This document shows, piece after piece, positions 32,426-41,971 of a DNA stretch of 64,000 nucleotides. The notes under the pieces are model-generated. The model ran no database searches. It was not told the origin of the DNA and saw only the letters and a list, made by a program, of their open reading frames with translations. Position numbers and translations under genes: made by a program. The DNA is from Calditrichia bacterium. GTDB taxonomy: Bacteria > Calditrichota > Calditrichia > RBG-13-44-9 > J075. The stretch is from NCBI GenBank assembly GCA_050633245.1, contig JBOEGD010000002.1, forward strand, positions 151,006 to 215,005. Reading direction: 5' to 3'. Positions within the stretch are counted from its first letter, which is position 1. Each line of letters starts with the position of its first letter.

Positions 32426-34825
32426 CTACTCCCGCAGGGTCACAACGGTTACACCGCTGTCGCCTTCACCATATTTACCCATACGCCTGGACTCAACACG
32501 TTTATCACGGGAGAGGTACTGGTTGATTTCGGTCCGTAGCGCACCGGTGCCTTTGCCATGCACAATGCGCACTTCCTTCCAGCCACTGCTAACCGCTTCA
32601 GCGAGATATAGATTGGTCTCTTCTATCGCCTGCTCAGGATAAAGACCACGCACATCCAGCTCCATGCCAACGCCGCTAAGCGGCTTATCAATATCGCTGC
32701 CCTTACGCTGCTTAATGACCTTGGTTTTCGGCTTGGCCTTTTTTAATCCACGTAAGTTTGCAACATCAAGCTTCATTTTGATATGGTTCACCAGAACGCG
32801 AACCTGCTTTTTTTCACCAACATTATCCAGCAGTTCACCTTCTTCTTTCAGCGATTCGATAAACACAACATCGCCTTTTTTCAGGCTCCGATTATCGGGT
32901 GCAGCTGGCTTTTCAACGGCAATCAGCTTATCGACTTCGTTCTTCTTCGCTTCAAGCGCTTCGCGCGCGGCCTTAATAGACGTCTTCGATCCGCCGCTGG
33001 CGCGAATGTCCTGCACCGAACGTTCAATAAGCGCATTTGCGTTTTTCAGAACCTGCTCGGCCTCAAGCGCAGCCTTACGCTGGAGCTCTTTTTTGTTCTT
33101 CTTTAAACTCTCGACCTGCGTTTCATAAAGAGTTGTCATCGCTTCTGCTTTAGAGAGCTTAATGCTGAGGTCACGTCTCTCTTTGTCCTGGCTTTGCAGC
33201 TTTTCTTCCAGGCTCAAGATCAGGTCTTCCAGGCGATTGCGCTCTTGCCCTACCCTTTCACGTGCTTTATCAATTAATGAGTCTGGCAGGCCGTAACGAC
33301 GGGAAATCTCAAAGGCATAACTGCTGCCGGGCACGCCTACGCGTAGATTGTACGTCGGCAACAACGTTTTAAGATCAAACTCCATCGAGCTGTTCTCTAC
33401 AGATGCATTATCGTGTGCAAAGGCTTTCAATTCTCCATGATGCGTCGTAGCAATCGTCAATATATTTCGCTCCGTCAGCTCACTCAACACGGCAATTGCC
33501 AGCGCAGCACCTTCGCGCGGATCGGTTCCGGTTCCGGCCTCGTCCAGCAGCACCAGGCTATGTTCATCGCTATGTTCGAGGATATCGCGCAGTCTCACAA
33601 CATGTGCAGAGAAGGTACTGAGGTCATTTTCCAGAGACTGTCGATCGCCAATATCCACCATAATCTGGTTCAGTAAAGGAATTTCGCTATCCGGGTGCGC
33701 CGGAATTAACATGCCCATACGCGTCATTAGAATTAGCAAACCAACCGTTTTCATCGACACCGTTTTACCACCGGCATTTGGTCCGGTAATAACCAGCGTC
33801 GAAAAGTCTTCGCCAAGGGTAAGGCTGAGCGGCACAACTTCTTCATGCGGCATTTTCAGCAGCAACAACGGGTGGCGAGCATCTTTTAGCATCAGCTTCG
33901 AAGTTGTTGAAATTTTAGGAGCACTGGCATCGAGCTTGACCGCAAATCGTGCTCGCGCCAGGATTAAATCCAATATGGCAAGATTTTCCAGTCCGAAGGC
34001 GATGTCATCGCGAATTTCGCGCACCAGTCCGGTCAGAAAGCGTAAAATCTTGATAATTTCATTGCGTTCCTGAAGTCGCAGGTTCTGAATTTCATTGCTG
34101 ATTTTCAGAGTTTCCATTGGTTCGACGAAAACGGTATTCCCTGAAGAAGAGGTACCGTGTACAATACCACTCACTTTATTCACAAAAGACGGCACAATTC
34201 CGAGCACCATACGCCCATCGCGTAGCGTGACAATCTCATCCTGACTGAAATCGCCATAGATCTTTTGTGCCTTTTGCAGCGCGCGCTTGTTATCGCCTTC
34301 CAGTGAACGGATTTTTATCCGGGTTTTTCGCAGTGCCGGTGAGGCATTATCAAGAATTTCGCCGGATGGATCTATTGTTGCTTCGATTTCCCGGGCAATG
34401 TTTCGATGATAGTGCATATGATCGGCATAGCGTGCTGCTAATGGTGCTTCGGCACGTTTTTCACGAAAAAAGTGAGATAATTCACCGCACATCTGCAGGT
34501 AGCTTTTTATATCGAGAAGTGCTTCCGGTTCGAGGTAGGCGTTTTCAGGACGAGATTTGTGCAACTCTGGTCTAATGTCAGAAAAACCGCCAATCGGCAC
34601 ATGGTAACCCGCGTTTAGCAATCCAGCCATCTCGCTGGCTTCATCGAGCCAACCGCGAATTTGCCCAATATCGGACGAAAAGTCTAGCTCCTGCAGCTTA
34701 TCACGACCAAATGGCGTTGCTAACTGTTCAGCAAGAGCGTCCAGTACTTTATTAAAACCGAGTTGCTGTAGTGATGTGGGATCGTGGCTGAGGTGATTTA
34801 TGCGATCAGAGCCGGAATTAATCAT
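32426..34825 (-). CDS. mutS2: Endonuclease MutS2
   Basis: ITGPNAGGKT Walker A, LSTFSAH, LLDEAGTGTDPREG, C-terminal Smr domain (IVHGKGTGALR); start chosen at the ATG overlapping the cvpA stop. Confidence 0.96.
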   Translation of the reverse strand: MINSGSDRINHLSHDPTSLQQLGFNKVLDALAEQLATPFGRDKLQELDFSSDIGQIRGWLDEASEMAGLLNAGYHVPIGGFSDIRPELHKSRPENAYLEPEALLDIKSYLQMCGELSHFFREKRAEAPLAARYADHMHYHRNIAREIEATIDPSGEILDNASPALRKTRIKIRSLEGDNKRALQKAQKIYGDFSQDEIVTLRDGRMVLGIVPSFVNKVSGIVHGTSSSGNTVFVEPMETLKISNEIQNLRLQERNEIIKILRFLTGLVREIRDDIAFGLENLAILDLILARARFAVKLDASAPKISTTSKLMLKDARHPLLLLKMPHEEVVPLSLTLGEDFSTLVITGPNAGGKTVSMKTVGLLILMTRMGMLIPAHPDSEIPLLNQIMVDIGDRQSLENDLSTFSAHVVRLRDILEHSDEHSLVLLDEAGTGTDPREGAALAIAVLSELTERNILTIATTHHGELKAFAHDNASVENSSMEFDLKTLLPTYNLRVGVPGSSYAFEISRRYGLPDSLIDKARERVGQERNRLEDLILSLEEKLQSQDKERRDLSIKLSKAEAMTTLYETQVESLKKNKKELQRKAALEAEQVLKNANALIERSVQDIRASGGSKTSIKAAREALEAKKNEVDKLIAVEKPAAPDNRSLKKGDVVFIESLKEEGELLDNVGEKKQVRVLVNHIKMKLDVANLRGLKKAKPKTKVIKQRKGSDIDKPLSGVGMELDVRGLYPEQAIEETNLYLAEAVSSGWKEVRIVHGKGTGALRTEINQYLSRDKRVESRRMGKYGEGDSGVTVVTLRE

Positions 34826-35417
34826 TTCCGAGCTGTTCATCAAGTTGATCTTTGAAGTCGTTTTTGAGGTCTTCGACTGCTTTTTCACGAATTTTTTCCT
34901 TACCCTTATTAAATATCTCTTTCACCTTATCCGGCAACCTGTCTGAGCCAATATAGTCGTATAATTTTGGCACCAGTTGATAGATGGGTTGGTAGAGCTG
35001 ACTTTCAGCCTGATAGGGTTCAAGTGCCTTCTGATATGGAACGAAGGACAAATACATGAACAACAGGCTAAGAATGAGAGCTCCCTTAAAGGCTGCGGCT
35101 GTTCCTCCGGCAATATTATTTAGCCAACCGAGGAGGAGATTTTCAACTATTGATGTTACGAGTCCTGCAACCAGCCGGGCGAGATAATAAAACGTAGAGA
35201 AAAGCATCGTAAAGCTAAACAAATGAAGCGCAATGCCTTCAAATGATGGGAAAAAATCGGTAATCCACGTGGCGAGATTGGAACCGAACATAATGCCGGC
35301 AAGCAATCCTGCAATTACGCCGATCAGGCCGAGTACTTCGTGCACGAATCCTCTACGGATACCGTTAATGAAGTAACCGCCGATAACGGCTAATATTCCT
35401 AAATCCAGTGGAGCCAT
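34818..35417 (-). CDS. cvpA: CvpA (colicin V production) family membrane protein
   Basis: GIRRGFVHEV and LGWLNNIAGG motifs; four TM helices. Confidence 0.85.
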   Translation of the reverse strand: MAPLDLGILAVIGGYFINGIRRGFVHEVLGLIGVIAGLLAGIMFGSNLATWITDFFPSFEGIALHLFSFTMLFSTFYYLARLVAGLVTSIVENLLLGWLNNIAGGTAAAFKGALILSLLFMYLSFVPYQKALEPYQAESQLYQPIYQLVPKLYDYIGSDRLPDKVKEIFNKGKEKIREKAVEDLKNDFKDQLDEQLGND

Positions 35418-35420
35418 ATT

Positions 35421-35870
35421 TTAAAGAGCAGTTAGTGTGTCGCGCACAACCTGTTGAACCAGCTTTCCATCGGCCTGGCCTTTCAGCTTAGCCATAGCTG
35501 CTCCCATTACCTTGCCCATATCCTGCATGGACGCAGCGCCAAGACTTTCAACAACTTCTACAACGACTTTTACGATCTCATCCTTACCAAGCTGTTCAGG
35601 CAAATAAGACTCGATGATAGCCAGCTCAGCTTCTTCCTCTACGGCACGCTCTTCGCGTCCGCCATCGCGGAATTGCTGAATAGAATCACGACCCTGCTTT
35701 GCAGCACGCTTCAAGAGCACTAAGACATCTTCATCGGTAAGAGCTTCGCCCTTTTCGATTTGTGCGTCTTTAATCTTGGAGCGCAAAATGCGAACAATTG
35801 TCAGGCGAGCTTTATCGCCGGACTTCATCGCATCTTTCATATCTGCTGTTAGTTTTGCTTCTAAGCTCAT
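35421..35870 (-). CDS. yqeY: GatB/YqeY domain protein
   Basis: DMKDAMKSGDK...YLPEQL...DMGKVMG...ADGK. Confidence 0.93.
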   Translation of the reverse strand: MSLEAKLTADMKDAMKSGDKARLTIVRILRSKIKDAQIEKGEALTDEDVLVLLKRAAKQGRDSIQQFRDGGREERAVEEEAELAIIESYLPEQLGKDEIVKVVVEVVESLGAASMQDMGKVMGAAMAKLKGQADGKLVQQVVRDTLTAL

Positions 35871-35908
35871 GATAGTATAGAGATCCTTTTTGCATAACAT
35901 TCACATCA

Positions 35909-35941
35909 AATCCGGGACGAAAACAAAATTCATCCCGGATT
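35909..35941 (-). terminator. Hairpin downstream of rpsU
   Basis: AATCCGGGA...TCCCGGATT inverted repeat. Confidence 0.5.
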
Positions 35942-35994
35942 CAAGATCGGTGTTACGCTGGTTTTAGTTCCGCTTGTGAAAGCGGAGAAAATTC

Positions 35995-36189
35995 TTACTG
36001 CTGTTCCAGCATTAGTTTACGAATCTTACGGCGCGTTGCATTTTCTTTGCGTTTGCGCTGCTCGCTTGGCTTTTCGTAGTGCTGATGACGCTTAATTTCA
36101 GCCATCAGGCCAGATTTTTCGCAAGCTTTGGTAAAGCGCTTGAGTGCTTTTTCAAAAGATTCTTTTTCGCGAACTTTTACGTGAATCAT
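35995..36189 (-). CDS. rpsU: 30S ribosomal protein S21
   Basis: ESFEKALKRF...HYEKPSEQRKRK. Confidence 0.96.
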   Translation of the reverse strand: MIHVKVREKESFEKALKRFTKACEKSGLMAEIKRHQHYEKPSEQRKRKENATRRKIRKLMLEQQ

Positions 36190-36222
36190 AGACGTTACAC
36201 CGATCCTTTTCTATTAATGTGA

Positions 36223-37095
36223 TTATTCACCGTATTTATGCGGATTATCAATTCGATCAATTTCATAGTCTGCAGCGCGTTTCCAGTTGTTGTCCTTGGA
36301 AGCCTGCACAAAATACTTACGTGCTTCACTGCGCTTGCCCTGACCACGGGAAACAAAACCAAGTCCATAATTTGCTCCACCTTTTACGCGGCTCTTGCGA
36401 GCAAAGCGCAGGCAGGACTTGTAAGCGGCTCCGGCAGCATCATATTGCTTCTGCTCAAGGCGAATATCGCCGAGACGTAAGTAAGCGTCTGCCTTGCGAG
36501 ACTTGGCGCGCATTACCGACGTGGCTTTTTCCAATGCGGTAGCAGCAGCATCACGATTGCCTTCTTCAGCATTTGCCATTCCAAGACCGCGCCATGCCAG
36601 ACCATCTTTGGCATTTACTTCTGTCGCCTTTGTAAACATCCCAATAGCTTTGGCATAGTTTTTCATATCCATGTAAACCAAACCAAGGCCACGATGTGCT
36701 TTTTTCGCAGTGGCATCGATATTCAGAGCGGCCTGAAAGCTGTTAATTGCTTCATTATAACGATCGGCTCTGGCCTGAACATCACCAAGCGATACATACG
36801 CTCTTACATAGGACTTATCCTTGGCAATGGCAGTCTTAAAAGAAGCCTCTGCATCGGAATAGTTTTTCTTCATCTTGTTCGCAACGCCTGCCCAATAGTG
36901 CCCCTTGGCAAAGTTTGCGTCTAAAGCAACGGCTGCTTTATATTTTTCAAGAGCTAAATCATAATCCCGCGATTTCAATGCAAGATTGCCCTCATTGTAC
37001 AATTTCTTTACGTCGTTGGATAGTTCATCCTGAGCGAATACGGATACGCTTAGCAGAATCATTACCAGAACCATCAGCTTTGACCATTTACTCAT
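36223..37095 (-). CDS. Secreted TPR-repeat protein
   Basis: Signal peptide followed by about seven canonical TPRs; GGAGG RBS. Confidence 0.85.
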   Translation of the reverse strand: MSKWSKLMVLVMILLSVSVFAQDELSNDVKKLYNEGNLALKSRDYDLALEKYKAAVALDANFAKGHYWAGVANKMKKNYSDAEASFKTAIAKDKSYVRAYVSLGDVQARADRYNEAINSFQAALNIDATAKKAHRGLGLVYMDMKNYAKAIGMFTKATEVNAKDGLAWRGLGMANAEEGNRDAAATALEKATSVMRAKSRKADAYLRLGDIRLEQKQYDAAGAAYKSCLRFARKSRVKGGANYGLGFVSRGQGKRSEARKYFVQASKDNNWKRAADYEIDRIDNPHKYGE

Positions 37096-37219
37096 TTGGT
37101 GATACCTCCAATGTAACTTAACGATTAATCTCTCACATCGGGCCCGGGGCGATACATAAGACCCACATTATTTCAATTGCTCTTTTTAGACTCACATTCG
37201 TCAAAAAAGTTCATCAACA

Positions 37220-37783
37220 TTACTTAACCCGGTCTAAATATTTTCCATCGCGAGTATCAACGCGGATCGTTTCACCAGTTTCGATGAACGGCGGTATCTG
37301 CGTTACATATCCCGTTTCAAGCGTTGCGGGTTTGTATGACGTGGTAACGGTAGCCCCTTTAAGATTCGGCTCAGTATCAACAATTTTCAGTTCAACAGAA
37401 GTGGGGAGTTCAACATCAATCGTCGTGGTTCCGTGAAACAGGATGCTAACCATCGTATTTTCCAGCAAAAAATAAACACTATCGCCCAACGTTTCGGCTG
37501 TCAGACTGATTTGCTCATAGGTCTCCATGTCCATAAAATGATAATCTTCATTATCGGAATAGAGATACTGGAACTCTTTATTTTCGAGTGATGCTTTTTC
37601 GACAGACTCATTGGGACGAAAACGTTCTTCGGCCTTTATTCCATCGGATACGCGCTTCATTTTAACAGCCATCAATGCCTGTCCTTTACCAGGAGTAATA
37701 TGAGACACTTCTGTCAGACGATATAGATCGCCCTTGTGCTCTATTACGTTTCCTTTGCGCATATTTATGGCTTTAATTTTCAT
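37220..37783 (-). CDS. efp: Elongation factor P
   Basis: HITPGKGQA loop with Lys; KPATLETG...VDTRDGKY. Confidence 0.98.
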   Translation of the reverse strand: MKIKAINMRKGNVIEHKGDLYRLTEVSHITPGKGQALMAVKMKRVSDGIKAEERFRPNESVEKASLENKEFQYLYSDNEDYHFMDMETYEQISLTAETLGDSVYFLLENTMVSILFHGTTTIDVELPTSVELKIVDTEPNLKGATVTTSYKPATLETGYVTQIPPFIETGETIRVDTRDGKYLDRVK

Positions 37784-37842
37784 CTTGTTGCTGCTCCTTT
37801 ATCAATCCGAAAATATACAATACCGAATGTAAACGGCAAGCA

Positions 37843-38697
37843 CTATAAATGCAAGCGCTTTAAACAATTTTCGTCAAGAAAATAAGCCTGCCCATCCATT
37901 GCAGCCCCTACTGCTTTTTTATAGGCTCTTCCTCGAAAAAAATTACGCAATTTCCGGTGCACCGGTAGTAGCTGCGGAGCAATTGGCCAGTGAAAGGATT
38001 GGGCATTCTCGAGTACACAACCACTATCTATTGCCCAGGACAAACGAGAAAGCCCAAGTTTCTTCAAAAACTGACGAGATAACCTTCGTCTCACGGCCTC
38101 ATAACCGGGGTCGACAAAATAAGCAGCGCGAGCATACATCTCGGCATTATGGTAATATTCCGGCGTATTTAGAATCCCCACTGCCCCACAGCGACGGCCA
38201 AGAAGCAGCAAAAAGGTCAATACGGCTTTTCCCAAACCAAGCCCGGGAAACTCTTGCCCCGGAAGCGGCGGACGAGCATCTGAAAATTCTCCCAGAGGGT
38301 GCCGAAACATCAGCCATTCTATTTGAAGTAGTTCCGGCTGGTAAAAGTCAGACAGCGCATCGACCAACATGGGCGGAACGGCCGCATTTCGTTTTAATAC
38401 AACTTCCCCCAGCAGCTCATTCTCATCAGGACTGGAACTATATAGCGCCAGTCGCTGCAAATAATAGTCTCGCGAGTCTAATGACAAGTAGAAGTCACTG
38501 TATCCAAGAGCCTCCAGGTGAGTGTAAACACCCGCTTTTTCGAGATAGCCGTTAATGATACTAACCGGCAGCACGCCAAGTAGCAACAGGGAACCGCCTG
38601 ACGTGTCAGAAATGCCGTAAAGATCATCTTCAGAAAGCCCGGACAGCTCCGTAGCAGATGAACGTTTCGAATGTCGTTTGTATTTTTGTGGCCACAT
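37843..38697 (-). CDS. Hypothetical protein with GNAT-like motifs
   Basis: IEWLMFRHP...RPPLPGQEFPGLGLG...NTPEYYHNAEMY; start uncertain because a tandem repeat lies over the upstream region. Confidence 0.6.
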   Translation of the reverse strand: MWPQKYKRHSKRSSATELSGLSEDDLYGISDTSGGSLLLLGVLPVSIINGYLEKAGVYTHLEALGYSDFYLSLDSRDYYLQRLALYSSSPDENELLGEVVLKRNAAVPPMLVDALSDFYQPELLQIEWLMFRHPLGEFSDARPPLPGQEFPGLGLGKAVLTFLLLLGRRCGAVGILNTPEYYHNAEMYARAAYFVDPGYEAVRRRLSRQFLKKLGLSRLSWAIDSGCVLENAQSFHWPIAPQLLPVHRKLRNFFRGRAYKKAVGAAMDGQAYFLDENCLKRLHL

Positions 38698-38698
38698 T

Positions 38699-38764
38699 TG
38701 ATTGATGAGTTATGATTGATAAGTTATGATTGATAAGTTATGATTGAACATTGGACATTGGACA
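38699..38764. repeat. TGATTGATAAGTTA x3.5 followed by ACATTGG x2
   Basis: Read directly in the divergent intergenic region before valS. Confidence 0.85.
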
Positions 38765-38850
38765 GAATCCTACCAGCGAATGAAGTGAGCGACCTATCAA
38801 GTCCCCAAGGGACGACCTACCCCCTACCCCCATCTTTCTTCACAATGCTT

Positions 38851-38879
38851 TTGCACTATCACCAATGCGCTATTATATT
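38851..38879 (+). promoter_or_regulatory. Sigma70-like promoter for valS
   Basis: TTGCAC-N17-TATATT about 70 nt upstream of the valS ATG. Confidence 0.5.
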
Positions 38880-38948
38880 TGATGCTTTTCGATGAATAAA
38901 GCAAGCGGTGAAGAAATTCATCTGCACACCCAAACCTGATGGGGAATC

Positions 38949-41663
38949 ATGGCAACACAGAAGACGTTCGGCACTCCTGAAATCTCTAAAGTATACGACC
39001 CGAAGAGCGTAGAAAAACGCTGGTATGAAACCTGGCTTACCAACGGATGCTTCAATGCAGAAGTCAACTCCGATAAACGACCCTATACCATCGTTATTCC
39101 GCCACCGAACGTCACGTCGGTTTTACATATCGGCCATGCTTTTAACAATACGGTTCAGGATATCTTCATTCGCTATCGCCGCAAGAACGGATTTGAGGCA
39201 TTATGGCTGCCTGGTACCGATCATGCCGGTATTGCGACGCAAAGTGTTGTTGAAAAACAACTTGCCAAGGAAGGGCTTACTCGCCACGATCTCGGACGCG
39301 AGAAGTTTATAGAGCGCGTATGGGAATGGAAAGAACAGAGCGGAAGCACTATTATCCGCCAGCTAAAAGAAATGGGCTGCTCCTGCGATTGGCGGCGTGA
39401 GCGCTTTACACGCGATGAAGAGTATACCCATTCGGTTCAGGAAGTGTTTATTCGCCTGTTCGACAAAGGACTCATCTACCGCGGACAGCGTATTGTAAAC
39501 TGGGATCCGCAAACAGCTACCGCCCTTTCAGATGAAGAAGTCGATCACAAAGACGTTAACGGCAAGCTCTACCACATCCGCTATTTTCTGAAAGACAGCG
39601 ATGAGAGTATTGTTGTAGCGACAACAAGACCCGAAACTTTGCTGGGTGATACCGGTGTGGCAATTGCACCCGATGACACCGACAAGCAACATTTAGTCGG
39701 TAAAACAGTTATTATTCCCTTTGTAAATCGCGAAGTGTCGATTTTCACGGACGAACATGTAGATAAAGATTTTGGCTCAGGCTTTGTAAAAGCAACGCCG
39801 GCACACGACCCGAATGACTTCGATATGGGCAAGCGGCACGATCTCGATCAGATCCTGATGCTGGATCCCAATGGCAAAGTATATGACGTGTGTAAAAAAG
39901 TTGATGGTTCAGAAATAACCGATGAGCTGCCAATTCCCGAATCGCTTGCCAAACTCGATCGCTTTGAAGCCAGAAAGAAAATCATTGCCGAGCTCGACAA
40001 GATGGGTCAACTCGTTGAGATTGAAGAACACGCCCACTCCGTTGGCCACAGCGAGCGCTCGGGCGTTCCGGTCGAACCTTATCTGTCCAGCCAGTGGTTT
40101 GTAAAAATGGAAGAACTTGCCAGGCCGGCTCTGCAAGCAGTGTTAAATGACGACATTCGCCTGCACCCGGGTGATCGCTGGCTAAAAACCTATATTCACT
40201 GGATGGAAAACATTCGCGACTGGTGTATCAGCCGCCAGCTTTGGTGGGGACACCGCATTCCGGTGTTCTATGATGATGCCACTGGAAAATGCGTTGCCAA
40301 GCAAACGATTGAGGAAGCACGCGAAGCGCTTGGGACAGACAATGTGCGTCAGGACGAAGACGTGCTGGATACCTGGTTCTCCTCCTGGCTATGGCCGTTT
40401 GCCACCATGGGTTGGCCAAAGAAAACGCCGGAGCTGGATTACTTTTATCCAACAAATACCCTGGTAACCGGCCCGGACATCATTTTCTTCTGGGTTGCAC
40501 GCATGATTATCGCCGGTTATGAGTTTATGGACGAAAAGCCCTTTTCTGATGTGTATTTGAATGGAATCGTGCGTGATGATCAGGGTCGTAAAATGAGTAA
40601 GTCACTGGGCAACGGTATCGATCCGCTTAAGATCATCGAAACCTATAGTGCCGATGCGTTGCGCTCAACGCTGATTATGCTAAGTTCTGAAGGACAGGAC
40701 ATCAATTTGTCTGAGTCTAATTTTGAGGTTGGCAGGAACTTTTCAAATAAGATCTGGAATTCTTATCGTTTTCTCGGCATGCATCTTCACGATGCTCCCG
40801 AGGAAGATTATAGTGCGTATAGCGAACACTTTGAACTTGCCGACAAATGGATTCTCAGCCGCTTAAACCATGTGATTGAGCAGGTGGGAAACCGGCTTGA
40901 ACAGTTTCAGGTGAACGATTCGTTTAATGCAATCTATCATTTCTTCTGGGATGAATTCTGCGATTGGTATTTAGAGTTGATTAAAGCAAGACTCTTTGAC
41001 GACAACAACCCGGCGGGGCGTAAAACAGCGCTCAGCGTGGCAAAACATATCGTTCGCACCTGTATGCACTTGCTACACCCGTTCATTCCGTTTATCACTG
41101 AAGAAATATGGCAACAGCTGAAATCTGACCAGGAAGGAAGCATCGTCACTGAAGCATGGCCAATTGCTCAGGCGGCATACTTAAACGAAGCAGCTGAGAA
41201 GGAAATGCAGTTTATTCAAAAAGCGATTAGCGCTATTCGCACAACGCGTTCCGAGATGAACGTTCCGCCGGCACGCAAGGCGACCTTGCTGTATCGCACC
41301 AACGACACAACCGTGGAAAACATGCTCCTCGGAAACGCGGGTTATATTATGCAGCTGGCGAAAATAGATAAGTTCGAACCGCTTTTTGAAGGGCAGGATC
41401 TCGAATCCACAGTCTCTTTGGTTATTGATGGAGCCGAACTGTTTATACCATTGGCCGACCTTATCGACCTCGATTTGGAGCGCCAACGCCTGACAAAAGA
41501 AATTGAACGGCTAACCAAGCAGGTTATGGGGTTGGAGAAAAAATTATCGAATGAAGACTTTTTACGAAAAGCTCCGGAACAAGTTGTCGCAACTGACCGT
41601 AATAAGCTGCAGTCTTTCACAGAAAAGCTGGCCAAGGTAAAAGCCAATTTGGAGAGGCTGTAA
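38949..41663 (+). CDS. valS: Valine--tRNA ligase
   Basis: PPPNVT..LHIGHA (HIGH), DWCISRQLWWGH, KMSKS, C-terminal coiled coil. Confidence 0.99.
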   Translation: MATQKTFGTPEISKVYDPKSVEKRWYETWLTNGCFNAEVNSDKRPYTIVIPPPNVTSVLHIGHAFNNTVQDIFIRYRRKNGFEALWLPGTDHAGIATQSVVEKQLAKEGLTRHDLGREKFIERVWEWKEQSGSTIIRQLKEMGCSCDWRRERFTRDEEYTHSVQEVFIRLFDKGLIYRGQRIVNWDPQTATALSDEEVDHKDVNGKLYHIRYFLKDSDESIVVATTRPETLLGDTGVAIAPDDTDKQHLVGKTVIIPFVNREVSIFTDEHVDKDFGSGFVKATPAHDPNDFDMGKRHDLDQILMLDPNGKVYDVCKKVDGSEITDELPIPESLAKLDRFEARKKIIAELDKMGQLVEIEEHAHSVGHSERSGVPVEPYLSSQWFVKMEELARPALQAVLNDDIRLHPGDRWLKTYIHWMENIRDWCISRQLWWGHRIPVFYDDATGKCVAKQTIEEAREALGTDNVRQDEDVLDTWFSSWLWPFATMGWPKKTPELDYFYPTNTLVTGPDIIFFWVARMIIAGYEFMDEKPFSDVYLNGIVRDDQGRKMSKSLGNGIDPLKIIETYSADALRSTLIMLSSEGQDINLSESNFEVGRNFSNKIWNSYRFLGMHLHDAPEEDYSAYSEHFELADKWILSRLNHVIEQVGNRLEQFQVNDSFNAIYHFFWDEFCDWYLELIKARLFDDNNPAGRKTALSVAKHIVRTCMHLLHPFIPFITEEIWQQLKSDQEGSIVTEAWPIAQAAYLNEAAEKEMQFIQKAISAIRTTRSEMNVPPARKATLLYRTNDTTVENMLLGNAGYIMQLAKIDKFEPLFEGQDLESTVSLVIDGAELFIPLADLIDLDLERQRLTKEIERLTKQVMGLEKKLSNEDFLRKAPEQVVATDRNKLQSFTEKLAKVKANLERL

Positions 41664-41770
41664 AAATCAACATAATTGTGAGCTGTGATAACGAAATTAA
41701 TCTCATTTTTACGTATTATCTAGAATAAGGTCGGATCAGGGAATGTATCGACGGTCTGGCATGCAAGTAA

Positions 41771-41807
41771 GCAAATCCACGCAATTTTGTGTGGATTTGT
41801 TGTTTTT
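41771..41807 (+). terminator. Intrinsic terminator downstream of valS
   Basis: GCAAATCCACGCAA-TT-TTGTGTGGATTTGT followed by TGTTTTT. Confidence 0.7.
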
Positions 41808-41971
41808 AAGGCTCTTAAATCGCTGAATAAAAAAACTAATGACAAAAAGTTAACCTATGTCAAAATTTGAGCCGATTATAATTCCGATTATGTTCCCGTG
41901 TATCACAGGGAAAACTTTGCCAGGGAATGCAGTATTACTTATTTACATATTTTGAATATGCGAGTTAATCC

